From NCBI GenBank assembly GCA_039621445.1, contig CP154954.1, positions 26,958,123 through 27,022,122 on the forward strand: DNA of 64,000 bases. Direction: 5' to 3'. Every line of letters starts with the position of its first letter. Within the stretch, counting starts at the first letter, position 1. The notes beneath the pieces were generated by a model, which was not told where the DNA came from, did not search any database, and was given only the letters and a program-made list of their open reading frames with translations. Source of the stretch: Euglena gracilis (lineage: Eukaryota). Position numbers and translations under genes: made by a program. Shown here piece after piece: positions 35,391 to 46,482 of the stretch.

Positions 35391-36670
35391 TTATTTTGAT
35401 TCCGCCGCGACTGAACCCCAGACCGACAGGCACCCAACCCAGTCGGGCTGCCAGACCGCCGGCCGTGCCGGCCACTGGACGGGCTGCCAGGCCGCCGGGC
35501 CGGGCTGAGCCACTGGGCCGGGCCGGGCCGGGCCGGGCCGAGCTGCTGGGCTGGGCCGGGCCGGGCTACAAGGCCGCCAGCAACCGTATGCTTCTGCTGC
35601 CTCCTGGCAATCAGGCACATCACTACACAAAGTTTGGTGTGGGGTCTGAGGGCAGGAGGTGGCAGGGTGGGGGGGGGTCCCGGGTTCGCGCCATTTCTCG
35701 CCCTGTGAGCGTCCATCCACCTTTTCTGCCCTGTTGGGCAGGGTGTGCGGCGTGTGTAGGGTGTGGGGGTGACGGCCGACTTTGCCCCTCCCCCCGTGCG
35801 GAGCTGTAGCCTCGGTGGGTCGTTCCACCGTGCTGTGTGGGCCGGCTTGACTCACGAGTGGTCCACTTGCTGGTCGGAATCAGGCTTCTTTCTCTTGAAA
35901 AGAAAAAAAATGTCTGGCCCCGAAGGGAAGGTGGGGGTGCACACCTGTTTGATTAATTTGCATAAACCGACATTCCATGGCTTCTTGCATCCATTTTTGT
36001 TTTTTTGAAAGCAATTATTTGACTCGTTTGCTTGACCCCCCCATCGGATTTTGAGTTTTTTAAGAGTGTGGTGGTTTTGGGGCCCCTCATCCCCAGGGGA
36101 TGTGTTGCCGAACCCAGCTGGAGATTGAGCAAATAGATGGATGGAGATGAACATGGACAGGCCGAGTGCGTATGGAATTGTGGTGGGTTTCGAAAAAAAG
36201 TGGATACCTACCCCCTCTCCCAGGGTTCGCTGGGTAAATTTATGGGAGAAATCCCAGACATACCCCGTTTTGCTGTGGCACATGAAAAGCATTTAAGCAG
36301 GGTGCAACGCCCCACCCACCTGAGGGCTGACAATAACTATTTCCTCTTCAACTTTCTCAGTCACATCCAACCCCCCCCCCCCCGGAAAATTGTGGGCAGA
36401 CCCCCGGGTCGCTACAACGAAGCCTGGTCGGAGCGATGTGCTGCGGCCCCAGCTGCTGTGTTCGGTGTGTCTGTGTGGCGTGGCAGGCACTGAGCGGGAT
36501 GAGACCCCATGTGGCCACCCTGGTAGGAGAGGGCAGCTTCCGAGAAGCACTGGAAGTGAAGGAGGCTCGCCTCCGCAATGGACGAGCCAGGAAAACGTTC
36601 AAACAAGAGATGGAATGTTCAAGAATTTTTGCTGGTGACATTTGGCACAGATAACCAGAAAATTAAAAGC

Positions 36671-36709
<39 letters not shown>

Positions 36710-36783
36710 CGTGGGTGGGTGGGTGGGTGGGTGGGTGGGTGGGTGGGTGGGTGGGTGGGTGGGTGTGTGTTTGTGTGTGTGTG

Positions 36784-37768
36784 CAGGGTTTCCCACTGAT
36801 TCGTACACGAATAAGTACGAATAAGTACGAATAAGTACGAATTGCCGAGATGTGCCAAAATACGAATAAGTACGAATAAGTACGAATAAGTACGAATGAA
36901 AAATTCCCCAGTTACGAATAAGTACGAATTGCCAAGTAGAAAAAGGTACAATTTTCTACACCAGTGCACTGAGTTGAAGGGCCCCTCACACTTCTCTGTA
37001 TGTGATGCATATCTTACGCTGCAGGACGCCTCATGTCCTCTTTTCCCTCCGAAAATGATTTTTAGGTTTGCCCATCAACAAGTTAGACCATCCATCCATC
37101 AGGGGACTCATCCGAAAGTACACATCTGTACATGGCAGTGTGAAAGAGGGGAGTGGTTTGCACCGGTCAGTGGACAGAGTGTATACCACACACATTGCGA
37201 GCATAAGGAAATCCTTGAGCGGGAAGAAAGTGTGGCTCACAAAATTGAATTGCCCTGGTCTGAACGGTCTTTCAGTTTGGCAGGACTGATTGATGTCAAA
37301 AAACCGCCAACGCATGTCATCTAACCTTCGGCAAGCAGCCGTTGGCATGTTTTGCAATGGTGACTGCGAAGAACGCTTTGCACACCATTGAACAATCCGC
37401 TCGTTTCATCTTGAGTATTTGTTCGTGCATGGCATGCTGGACAACATCAGTCGCAAAGAAGGAATGTGTTTTTCCTGTAATGTTTTGTATTTTTTTTCAC
37501 AGCGCGTTTTTTTTTCTTCACAAATTTCGCCAGCATGAGTTCGTCACTTAGATAGTTTCTCAAGTGAATGACCTGTTTTCCTTGCTTTTCCCGGTTTCAG
37601 AACGTTGAAGATGTGCCCAAGGAAGCATACCAAATGGTCACCCATTGCCATACATGGCCCTTTTTTGAAGTACGAATAAGTACGAATAGGTACGAATAAG
37701 TACGAATAAGTACGAATAAGTACGAATGGGCAAAGGAGTCCCCAAGTACGAATCAGTGGGAAACCCTG
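36784..37768. mobile_element. Non-autonomous DNA transposon with 23-bp TIRs and ACGAATAAGT 10-mer subterminal arrays, inserted in (GT)n
   Basis: CAGGGTTTCCCACTGATTCGTAC / GTACGAATCAGTGGGAAACCCTG. Flanks GTGTGTGTG on both sides. Confidence 0.9.
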
Positions 37769-40700
37769 GTGTGTGTGTTTATTTGGTTGGGATCTTCAAT
37801 GAAATTTGTATGATTAACTCCAGCCAAGTTTTGAGCCTTCATATTTTGGAGGAATTTCAAAGACCCTCTTGCAGCTTACATCCTGAATGGCATCATATTT
37901 TCCTCTTCATTTTCAGCAAGTGTGGTTTTGATGATAATGCACCTCTGCACAGCCAAAAAAATTGCTTCAGTAATCAAAAAAAAATGCTTTCATAAATAAT
38001 TAATGTGTGCAGTACACCGGAGATGTAATTGTGTTTAAAAAACATTTTCTAGCAAACAAGAAAAATAGGAAAGACCAGAGATCATCAATTATGATAAAAC
38101 ACCACAAAAAAGGCATTCATATTTCAACTCATCCTCAATCACCCTTCTGTTTCTCGGATGGATCATTAGGGTATAATTTAAGCCACCCCCCTAAGTGAAT
38201 GCCTTTGCTCCCCCCCTGGCCAGCACTGGCTGCCTCCATTCCACCCTTTTTGCATCCCTCCTGGGACTGCAGGGTACCCCGCTTTTACGCCCCTCCTCCC
38301 AAACCTCTGCTCTCTGGTGGTTCCCCATGTTGTACAAAGAGTCGTCAGTTTCAGGCCTGGATGCTTGTTTGGGTGCCCCCCTGCTTCTCCGAGAAATTTT
38401 TAAAGTGCACGCAATGGGGGGCGCTCCAAAGTGTTTGTCCGGCTAAAAGTGGGAATCAGCCCTTCAGACAGAGGGCATTATCCCTCTGAGTTTCCAATCT
38501 GGAAAAGAAACCAACTCCAGATTTTTTTCTGTCTCGCGTCCTGGGCCTCTGACACAGCATGAACAAGTGAATGGTATGGGGGTGACCTTCACCGGTCGCA
38601 TCCCGTTTCAGTTCACCGTTGTCACCCCCGGGGTAGTCAGGTTGGAGAAACCTGATCCAGGCCTGACCCACACCTTGGCTTGCACTGGCGGCCAGGGGAT
38701 GGCTTGCATCCCAGGCTGGGGGGGGGGGGTGCATCGGGGTTAGTCGTCGACACAAAACCACATTCCTGACCTGTTCCTCAGGTGCAGCAGATCTGCCCCA
38801 AATTTACATCCCCTGTGATAATTTGCAATCCATGGTCAATGTCTCATGTCTTGTCAAAGGGGGAATGCATTGGCATTCCCCCTTTGAAAAATTGATTTGG
38901 ACTGGACCCCGTTGCATCCGAGCCTCGATCGGGGTTCCCAATGCTCTTGACCCCCTCCTCACGAGCAAAGGATCCCTAAAGTTGACCTGCGGCATTGACT
39001 TGTGACTCCATTAAATACCGGATGAAGGTCAAACCAGGGCTCCTGCCTTTGAGCCAAATCGACCGGCCCCACGGGACCACCTCATTCATTTATATGTTAC
39101 CCGCAGCAGTTTACATCGACTTCTCACCCCTCCCCCTTTTGGCTCCTCAATTCCCTTGGCAGTTCACGGAACTCACTTGGGCTGTGGCCAGGATGTGAGC
39201 ACAACACGTCGAAAGGGTGGTGTGTATGTGCGCATGTGGTGGTTTAGTGGGTGGGCATTACCTTCCACCCCAAAGCACAAAAGGAATGAAAAGGGTTTTG
39301 AGCTTGAGTGTTTCTTAGTGAGTGAGAGCATTTTGGCTCCGACAGACCCCCCCCCCCGGGGGGATGGAAGTGGAAATAGAACGGCTGATATTGGTTCAAA
39401 TGAAAGTGATCCCCAGCACATAGGTTCGCAAGCAATCACAGGGCAGACATTGGACCATTTTTTCAAATGGTCATCGAAAGTTCCTCTCGTGCCCTGGTTT
39501 GATCAAAAGTTGTAATTTAAGGGCATTTACACACCCACTTACCCACCCACCCAAGGCTTTGGCTTTGGAGATACGTTTGGGGAAGGGAGGCATCTCCACC
39601 CTTGAGCGGAATGGCCGGCAGCCGGATCCAGGTTTCAAAATAAAATCCCCCCGCCATTGCATGAATGCTGCTTCGCAACAATAAGCTGAAGAAAAATAAA
39701 TTCATCGAAGAAAAACAACTCCTGATCTCCGAGATCAAGAAATCAGAAACCAGGGGATTTCCGTCTTTGCGGCCAATCTGCTAACCAACGACCAAGGACC
39801 CCTTCTCGGCAGCTGGTTTGTCAGCTCACTTATACAAGAGCAGGAGGTGATGGCGTAAAGTGGAGCCCCCACAGTATCCCCACATTTGGCCTCGTCCGCC
39901 CCCCCCCCCGACCCCCCAGAACCAAAATAACAAGACCCCTTTACTGTGCAACCAGCCGCATGCAACACCCAATGTTTCCAGACACCCACCATGCCCCCAC
40001 CCCCACCCCCACCCCCACATTACAGCCTCGAGACCAGCCAAAAATTCTGCTGGTGTGGGGGGTTGGGGCAGTGCACTGGTGCAGACGGTGGTGAGTAACC
40101 TGGCCGGCGTACATTAAGAAAAAACCTGCCAAGGATAGGAATACGTGACCGTGCGTTCCTAGACACCGGTCCGGGCGTGAACCCAGAGCCTCTGATACAC
40201 GGTTTCAAAAACTGTGTGCAAGACACCGGCACCAACCCCCAATACCCCCCACACATACCCCCAACAGCACCTCACATTTAAGTACGGGGCTCCACTATAT
40301 GCCATGTGGTTGTTTGGACCTAAAAATTGGCTTAATAGCATTCAAGAAATGGATGTTTCAGAAAGTCATCTTTTGTTGCTTCGTTTGATCCTGGTGGGCA
40401 GTGCCGCTCCTTTGGAAATTGTCAGTTGTGATCCAAAAAAATCCCTGATAAAAATCACCTTTCCCCCCAGCATTGAAGCCAACTTTGGGCCAACCCCCCC
40501 CCCCCGTTGCCCAAATTCCCTGGTCCAACGAACACCCCCTATTCGACCGCAATTTTTGCCATTGTAAATGGAATTTTGTCTGTTCGAAACCCCTTTGTCC
40601 AGTGAACACCACCGCAATTTTTATCACCTGAGTGCTCGTTGGACCACGTGGGATGGATTGCCGTGGGATACGGATACGGATTGCCCTCTGCAAATCCAAA

Positions 40701-42124
40701 AGGCCCAGAACTAGAGTCCAAAATCACAATTGAGGCCGACAGCTAACTTCAGGGGGGAGGCCGACAGCTAACTTCTGGCATGGAAGGGGCCAAGCCCCCC
40801 TCATTCAACCCGCCCACCCCCCCCCCCCCCAACCCTTTAACCCCCAACCCCTCCGCCATGCGGTTTTATGAATTTTAACCCTTAAGCCCTTCCCCCAGGT
40901 CTTCGGGAAAAGTGGCACGGTCCAAGAGCTGCCCAACCAGCCGCATTTCTGCCTTGCTGGTCGGCTTGGATAATCGCCCATTGTGTCGTTGAGTGCTGCC
41001 AACAATTTCCTCTTTCTTACCTTCCCTGTCCTTATGGCTGCCACAAACGGGAAAAAAAACAAACTAAACGTCAAGTTGCTTTTTGCGGCACAGGTCATTA
41101 TTGCGATCTTTGAATCGTTGTGTGATTTGCGTGACAGCCTTGAGAGGCACCTACACCCAGTTAAATGAACAATTTTTGTGCGGAAGTGGCTGAGTTGAGC
41201 AAAAATTGGTTTTTTTTTCGACATGTATTAAAAAAGCGGTATTCTTTTGTTTGTGGGCCAATACTTTCGGGTTTTATTTGCGGCTTTAGGTATTTAAGAA
41301 AGGCTTTTGTGCCAATGGACTTCAGAAAAGGGTTGTAGCCTTTTTTTTATTCAAGAAACTGTTGTTGCATTTTTGGCGGCAAATTCTTCCACCTTTTCCA
41401 ACAAGCTTTGAACGCTGGGCTGGATAGTTGCTGAATGATGTGGGACGAAAGGTCTAAACACCACACTTTCTATCGGTGCGCCGCGGCAGCGGAAATTTTG
41501 TGACCTCGTGTGCCGCGGAAGATTTTGGCACCAAACGGGGACTCCTAACCCAGCGCAGCGAACAATCACGACACCGCGGGCTCCGCACTTTGCCCTTGTG
41601 AGGCCATGCCTTGCTCGCCGGCGGTGTTTGGATTGTTTGGGTGCGTTGGGTTAGGAGTCCCTGCTTAGTGCCTTTTTCGCCGGAGTTGGCTGACTCTTAA
41701 TTTGCCCTTCGACAACCCAGAAGAAAGGAGCTGCAGTTCAAGAACCTCGACAATTGAATTTCAGAGAGTGAAGTCAATCGAATTATCCAGAGGGTGACGC
41801 TGGTGGGAAATATATAATCAAAAATTGTTGACAAATTCAAGACTTCAATGAGAAATGCAATTGCCAAAACGAAGACGAGCGTCGCTGCGCAACAAGAGCT
41901 GGCTGCCGCCACAGCTGGACGACCTGACGGCGCAGTCCAACCGTGGCGAACCGTGGCTGTCCCTTCCCCCCCAGAAATTTTTTTTAAAAACCCACCCAGT
42001 GACAGTCGTACTCCCTCGAGGCAGACCGAGAAGGGAGGAAGGGACACCGAGGGCGAAGCACAAAGACATTGTGAGGCCATGCCTTGCTCGCCGGCGGTTT
42101 GTTGTGATTGTTTGCTGCGCTGGG

Positions 42125-44303
42125 TTAGGAGGTCCCGCTTAGTGCCGCCTCGCCGGAGTTGGCTGCATCGTCTCCGACGTGGCGACCATGGCGCTGTTTC
42201 TTTGCCTGGGGGGGTCCCCCCCCACCCCCCCCCTGGCCCCCATCTTCTGATCGAGGGCGTTTGAAGACAAAATTTCTTATATGGGTGGGGGGGTTGGGCT
42301 CACAATGTCTTTGTGCTTCGCCCTCGGTGTCCCTTCCTCCCTTCTCGGTCTGCCTCGAGGGAGTACGAGACACCTCGGGCTCCGCACTTTGCCATTGTGA
42401 GGCCAGATTGTGCACTGAAAAAAAGGGGGCCAGGGCATTCTCCAAAGAACCTTGGGCACCAAGTCTTTGATAATGGGCTGTAAAAGCCTCCACCCCCTTC
42501 CATTGACCAATTTCACAAATTTCTTGGGCAGAAAGGCCCAATTTTTTGAGCAAACCAACCCCTGCCCCTCTGGTGGAGTGGGGTCCCCAAACCTGGGGGG
42601 GCACCCCCTGTTTGGTCAAAAAGTTTTTGGTGATAGAAGCAATGGTATCTGCCTTAATGGCTTTGTAGGGGGGTTTTAACGTAATTAAGAGGGGGCCCCC
42701 AGGTTTCACAAAGAAACGTGTTGCTGCCACATAAGACAGCATTAAATGAAAGGGGCTGATTTGGGGGCACTGGGGTATGGAGACAACCCGCTCCCACTTA
42801 TGGAATTTTTGCCCTTTACGTTTAATTTTGATGTAGGGTGCCCCCCCCAACACACTGGTGGTTCTTTGGACCTGTGCCAAATCAGAACTTCTGTATAAAC
42901 AGAGGATTCGTGAACAGAAGATGAGTTGTGTACGCAATGTACATATATCAGAGGGCAGGGGGGACTGTGCCAGCCCCAGGAGGATTGGGAGGGGATCCCA
43001 GAATGCACCATATTTCTCCAGGTTTTGGTTCCAAAGCCTTTTGTAAGGTGCCAACATGGCATGGAACCTCAGGCCCCCAAAGCCAGGGATCAATAGCATA
43101 GCACTGTATGCATTGCGTGCTTGGGCCTTTGAAAATTGAAACAGTTGAATTAAAGCGTCAACCACTTGGTCAGTGGTGGCTTCAGGGGGGGGGTACCCCC
43201 ATTTTTTCCAGAATCACCCATAAAAGCGTAAAGGCACTTTGGTACCTTTTCAAACTGGGGTTTCTTCCCAGGAAATCTGTAATGGTTGAATTTTGTATTT
43301 GTTTCCCCTCCAAAATTTGCCTGAGCAAATCATGCAAAGGAGGGGCCACCTGGGGGGTGGCATTTTTTCCCCCCTGCAATTGGTAAACATACCCTTGTAA
43401 GGGGTGATTTTCAGGCAGGGGGTCCCTGGTACTTTCATTTTTATTAACTGGGGCCACCATGTGGCTGAATCCCAGTAGGGGGTGACCATCAAAACTTTGG
43501 CTTGTGGAAACATTCTTAATCTGGGGAGAAATTTTTGAATTACAGACCAGGGGGGGTTTGCATAAAGGCCCCCCATGTTGTCCAGTGGACATTGCAATGC
43601 ATCCACTGCTGTGGCCTCCCAGTGGGGCCACCTGGCCACAAATTGTGGCAGTTTTTTGTTGCCTGGTGAGGCAAAAAGGTCTGTTTTCAGGGTGATGTAA
43701 TTTTTGAACTGCTGCCTCAGCCATTGAAAAAGTTGGGGGTCCAGGGAATAATCCCCCCTGTCCATTTCCCACCTGCTTATGGGGTCTGCCAGGCATTCCT
43801 TTGAAGGGACCCACTTTACTTGCAGGTTTACGTTGTGCTCCATGCACCATTTGAAGAAGGGTCTTAGCATGGAATTGAAGGGGTCTTTTCTGCCCCCCCC
43901 TTTTGTTAGGTAATAGTAAATTACTTGATTGTCCACTGACAGGGACACAGTTTCTCCTGGTTGGCTGAGGCTTTGAACTGCGCTTATTGCTGCACTTAAT
44001 TCTTTGACGTTTATGTGCAAAATGGAGCTTTCCCTCCAAAATTCTTGCACAATTTTGCCTGTTCGAATGTCCAGTCCCCCCCATGCGTGGGTGCTGCTGT
44101 CTGAGTGCAACTCCCTGGTTGCACTTTGGGGGAAGGGTCTGCCACCCCAGGTGTCCAGCAGAATTTTTATTTCCCTTAATTGGGCCTTTATTCTTTGGGA
44201 AATGGGGTGTTTTGAGTCCCAGGGGGCTGTGGAATTTTCCACCAAAAAATTTGCCAGGGCATCCGTAAAGGCCCTTAGAAAGGGCAGGGCCATCAGATTG
44301 CAT
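42125..44303 (-). CDS. Tyrosine recombinase ORF of copy A (ORFs 43182-44303 and 42125-43165 joined across a frameshift in a G run)
   Basis: Catalytic pattern R (LYRSSD), K (KRKG), HxxR (HSTR), W (GQW), Y (AHY). Copy B reads MGVPPLEATTDQVADALIQ without the shift. Confidence 0.9.
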
Positions 44304-44362
44304 CTTATTTGGCCCAAAATGGCAGCCAGTTGCCTTTTTGACATGTAATCTTTTTTCACCAT
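43250..44362 (-). CDS. RNase H plus Dam-like N6-adenine methyltransferase domain of copy A pol
   Basis: RNase H motifs HSDSS..AWGG, HINVKEL, VDNQ, LADPISR. MT motifs DLFAS...N, YANPPW, VTPYW...WW. Confidence 0.92.
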   Translation of the reverse strand: MVKKDYMSKRQLAAILGQIRCNLMALPFLRAFTDALANFLVENSTAPWDSKHPISQRIKAQLREIKILLDTWGGRPFPQSATRELHSDSSTHAWGGLDIRTGKIVQEFWRESSILHINVKELSAAISAVQSLSQPGETVSLSVDNQVIYYYLTKGGGRKDPFNSMLRPFFKWCMEHNVNLQVKWVPSKECLADPISRWEMDRGDYSLDPQLFQWLRQQFKNYITLKTDLFASPGNKKLPQFVARWPHWEATAVDALQCPLDNMGGLYANPPWSVIQKFLPRLRMFPQAKVLMVTPYWDSATWWPQLIKMKVPGTPCLKITPYKGMFTNCRGEKMPPPRWPLLCMICSGKFWRGNKYKIQPLQISWEETPV

Positions 44363-44388
44363 TTTTCCCAGCTCCTTTTTTACTGGTT

Positions 44389-44958
44389 TTATTTTCTGGG
44401 GGGCACCTGTAATTTTCCCTCTTGGAAGTTTAGTTGAAATTCAAGAAGATTTACGATTTGTGTGGGCTGCAGGGTGGACTTTTTTACATTGATTTTGAAT
44501 CCTGATTTGATTAAATCCCTGACCACTGTGTTCAGGTGATTTTGTAAGGTGATTTGTGTTGGGGCCACCAGTAAAATGTCGTCCAGGTAAATAAATACCT
44601 GGATGCCCCTTTTCCTCCACAGTTTTTCGAATGTTTTCATCACAGGGGCATCACATTCAGGCCAAAACAGCCTGCCTGGAATTCCCAGGTCTGCCCCCCC
44701 ACCTGATGCCTTAAAAATGGCCTTAGGCCTGGACTTACTGGAATATGAAAATAGGCATCCTTCAGGTCTATTTTTGCTGCCCAGTGGCCTTTTTCCAAAA
44801 CTGGAAAAATGTGCTGGATGTGATCCAGCTTGAAAGGTTTCACATGAAACTGCTGATTTAATTCTCTGCAGTCGCTGATCATTCTCCATTTGGTTGTTCC
44901 CCCTTCTGGTTTCGAAATTAGAAACCATGGGATTAAATGCTGGGTTTCTGAATCCCAA
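44389..44958 (-). pseudogene. Reverse transcriptase of copy A (frameshifted)
   Basis: WRMISDCRELN, KIDLKDAYFHIP, CFGLNVMP, IYLDDILL. A ~13-bp deletion near 44645 relative to copy C. Confidence 0.92.
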
Positions 44959-44963
44959 ACTCT

Positions 44964-46466
44964 TTACGGATCCAGTTTTTTCGTAATCCAGCAGGATTTT
45001 TTTCTGCCTGGGGTAGGTTCAAATTTGGCTCTGGGTTTTGGGTGGGTGGACAATTTTGGTGGGCAGACCCAGGGGGGTTGAATGCCATCCCTGATGAGTT
45101 GACATGTTGTTGGGGGGGCATTTTTTGTCCACCATTTCAAGCTTTTTTGCAGCCTTTGATGGAGGGGGGTGTCTCCCCATTTTTCCTCCATGGAATTTAT
45201 TTCTTGGATGACATGATTTTGGGGGGGCTGGGCTGGGGGTGTTGGACCTTTCAGGCTTTTTTGCAACCTTTGATGGAGGGGGGTGTCTCCCTTCGCTTCC
45301 TCCATTGAATTTTTTTTCTGGACAAGATGATTGTGGGGGGGCTGGGTTGGGGGTGTTGGACATTGCACCCTTAGGTCCCCTAGGGCTTGGGCCCTTGGAA
45401 AAAGAAATCTTTTCTGGGGGGATGTGCATGCACTCTCTCCCTCTCTGCTCACCTCTCTGGATGATCTTGTTGTTGGAAGACATACCATAGGGCTTAATGC
45501 CCCTGTTTGGCCTATCAGGTCTTCTCCATGTTGATGTGGTTGGTTGACATACCATAGGGGGGCCTCTGTGGGTCCCCCCCTTGATTGAATCATTGGAAAT
45601 TGAGGAATAAGTGTTGGAGGGGTTCCTGCCCCTCCCTCCACAAGGGCCACTGTGAGTCCCTTTTCCTCCTGGGGCTGGGTCATTGAAAGGGCCACTGTGG
45701 GTCCCTTTTTCCCCCATTTTTGGCAGAGGGCCTCTGTGGGTCCCTCGGGGGATTTCACCAGCAGCTTCCTTAGCTTCTTGGTGGCCACTGTGGGTCCACC
45801 CTGCTGGTTGGGGATGATGCCCCTTAGCTTCTTGGTGGCCACTGTGGGTCCACCCTGCTGGCTTCCAAGGTCTCCATATATAAATTTTTTTCCATAATCC
45901 ATCTGTTGGTCTTGTGGGCCTTGAGTTCTTCTTGGCCTCCAACCGCATTGGAAATCTGGGGGGGCTGCTGTGGTCCCCCCTTGTCCCCCTGAGAGGGGCT
46001 GTTGTGTAAGATGAATTGGGGGGGTTTGACAGACCTTTTCTGCCCCTTCCTGAGGGGATTTGCTTGTAAAATTGGCCCCCATGGCCCCTGTAATGGTGAC
46101 CTCCTTGGCCTTGATTCCATCTCCCCAGCCTTTGGCCAAATTGTGTGCAGGCTTGGGGGAAAAGCCCCTGATCTGTGGGCTTTGGCTGTCCAATGCTGAA
46201 GCATTTTGGGCCTCCATGGCCCATCCTTGGCCCACTGAGGGTTGGGGCTGACTTCTGTTTTCTGGGCCTTCTGGCCACAGTGGTCCAAGGACCGTGGCCG
46301 TCACTGGGGGGGTTTTTGTGGGAATTTTCTGGGGTGGGGGTCTGGGTGGGAAGAACGGCCACGGTTTTCCACGTGTCGACCGCATCTCCAAGTTCTCCAG
46401 CTGCTGCTGCGGCCTCTGCTTCAAGACGTCCGCGGCCGTGAAATTCCAATTTCTTCTCAACTGCAT
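44964..46466 (-). CDS. Long ORF whose 3' part is the pre-RT N-terminus of pol (QRLQKSLKWW...LIRDGIQPPW)
   Basis: Lies directly upstream of RT, is conserved in copies B and C, and overlaps the 45019-46482 ORF. Confidence 0.65.
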   Translation of the reverse strand: MQLRRNWNFTAADVLKQRPQQQLENLEMRSTRGKPWPFFPPRPPPQKIPTKTPPVTATVLGPLWPEGPENRSQPQPSVGQGWAMEAQNASALDSQSPQIRGFSPKPAHNLAKGWGDGIKAKEVTITGAMGANFTSKSPQEGAEKVCQTPPIHLTQQPLSGGQGGTTAAPPDFQCGWRPRRTQGPQDQQMDYGKKFIYGDLGSQQGGPTVATKKLRGIIPNQQGGPTVATKKLRKLLVKSPEGPTEALCQKWGKKGPTVALSMTQPQEEKGLTVALVEGGAGTPPTLIPQFPMIQSRGGPTEAPLWYVNQPHQHGEDLIGQTGALSPMVCLPTTRSSREVSREGESACTSPQKRFLFPRAQALGDLRVQCPTPPTQPPHNHLVQKKNSMEEAKGDTPLHQRLQKSLKGPTPPAQPPQNHVIQEINSMEEKWGDTPLHQRLQKSLKWWTKNAPPTTCQLIRDGIQPPWVCPPKLSTHPKPRAKFEPTPGRKKSCWITKKLDP

Positions 46467-46482
46467 TGCTCATTGAAGTCAA
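45019..46482 (-). CDS. ORF1 (gag-like, G/R/H/Q-rich) of copy A
   Basis: First ATG ORF after the left ITR. Homologous frames occur in copies B, C and E. The gag assignment is positional. Confidence 0.7.
   Translation of the reverse strand: MTSMSNAVEKKLEFHGRGRLEAEAAAAAGELGDAVDTWKTVAVLPTQTPTPENSHKNPPSDGHGPWTTVARRPRKQKSAPTLSGPRMGHGGPKCFSIGQPKPTDQGLFPQACTQFGQRLGRWNQGQGGHHYRGHGGQFYKQIPSGRGRKGLSNPPNSSYTTAPLRGTRGDHSSPPRFPMRLEAKKNSRPTRPTDGLWKKIYIWRPWKPAGWTHSGHQEAKGHHPQPAGWTHSGHQEAKEAAGEIPRGTHRGPLPKMGEKGTHSGPFNDPAPGGKGTHSGPCGGRGRNPSNTYSSISNDSIKGGTHRGPPMVCQPTTSTWRRPDRPNRGIKPYGMSSNNKIIQRGEQRGRECMHIPPEKISFSKGPSPRGPKGAMSNTPNPAPPQSSCPEKKFNGGSEGRHPPPSKVAKKPERSNTPSPAPPKSCHPRNKFHGGKMGRHPPPSKAAKKLEMVDKKCPPNNMSTHQGWHSTPLGLPTKIVHPPKTQSQI

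Noticed and set aside
43184-45005. Programmed frameshifts in DIRS copy A
   Set aside because: The shifts fall mostly in homopolymer runs and differ between copies, so mutation or sequencing error is more likely.
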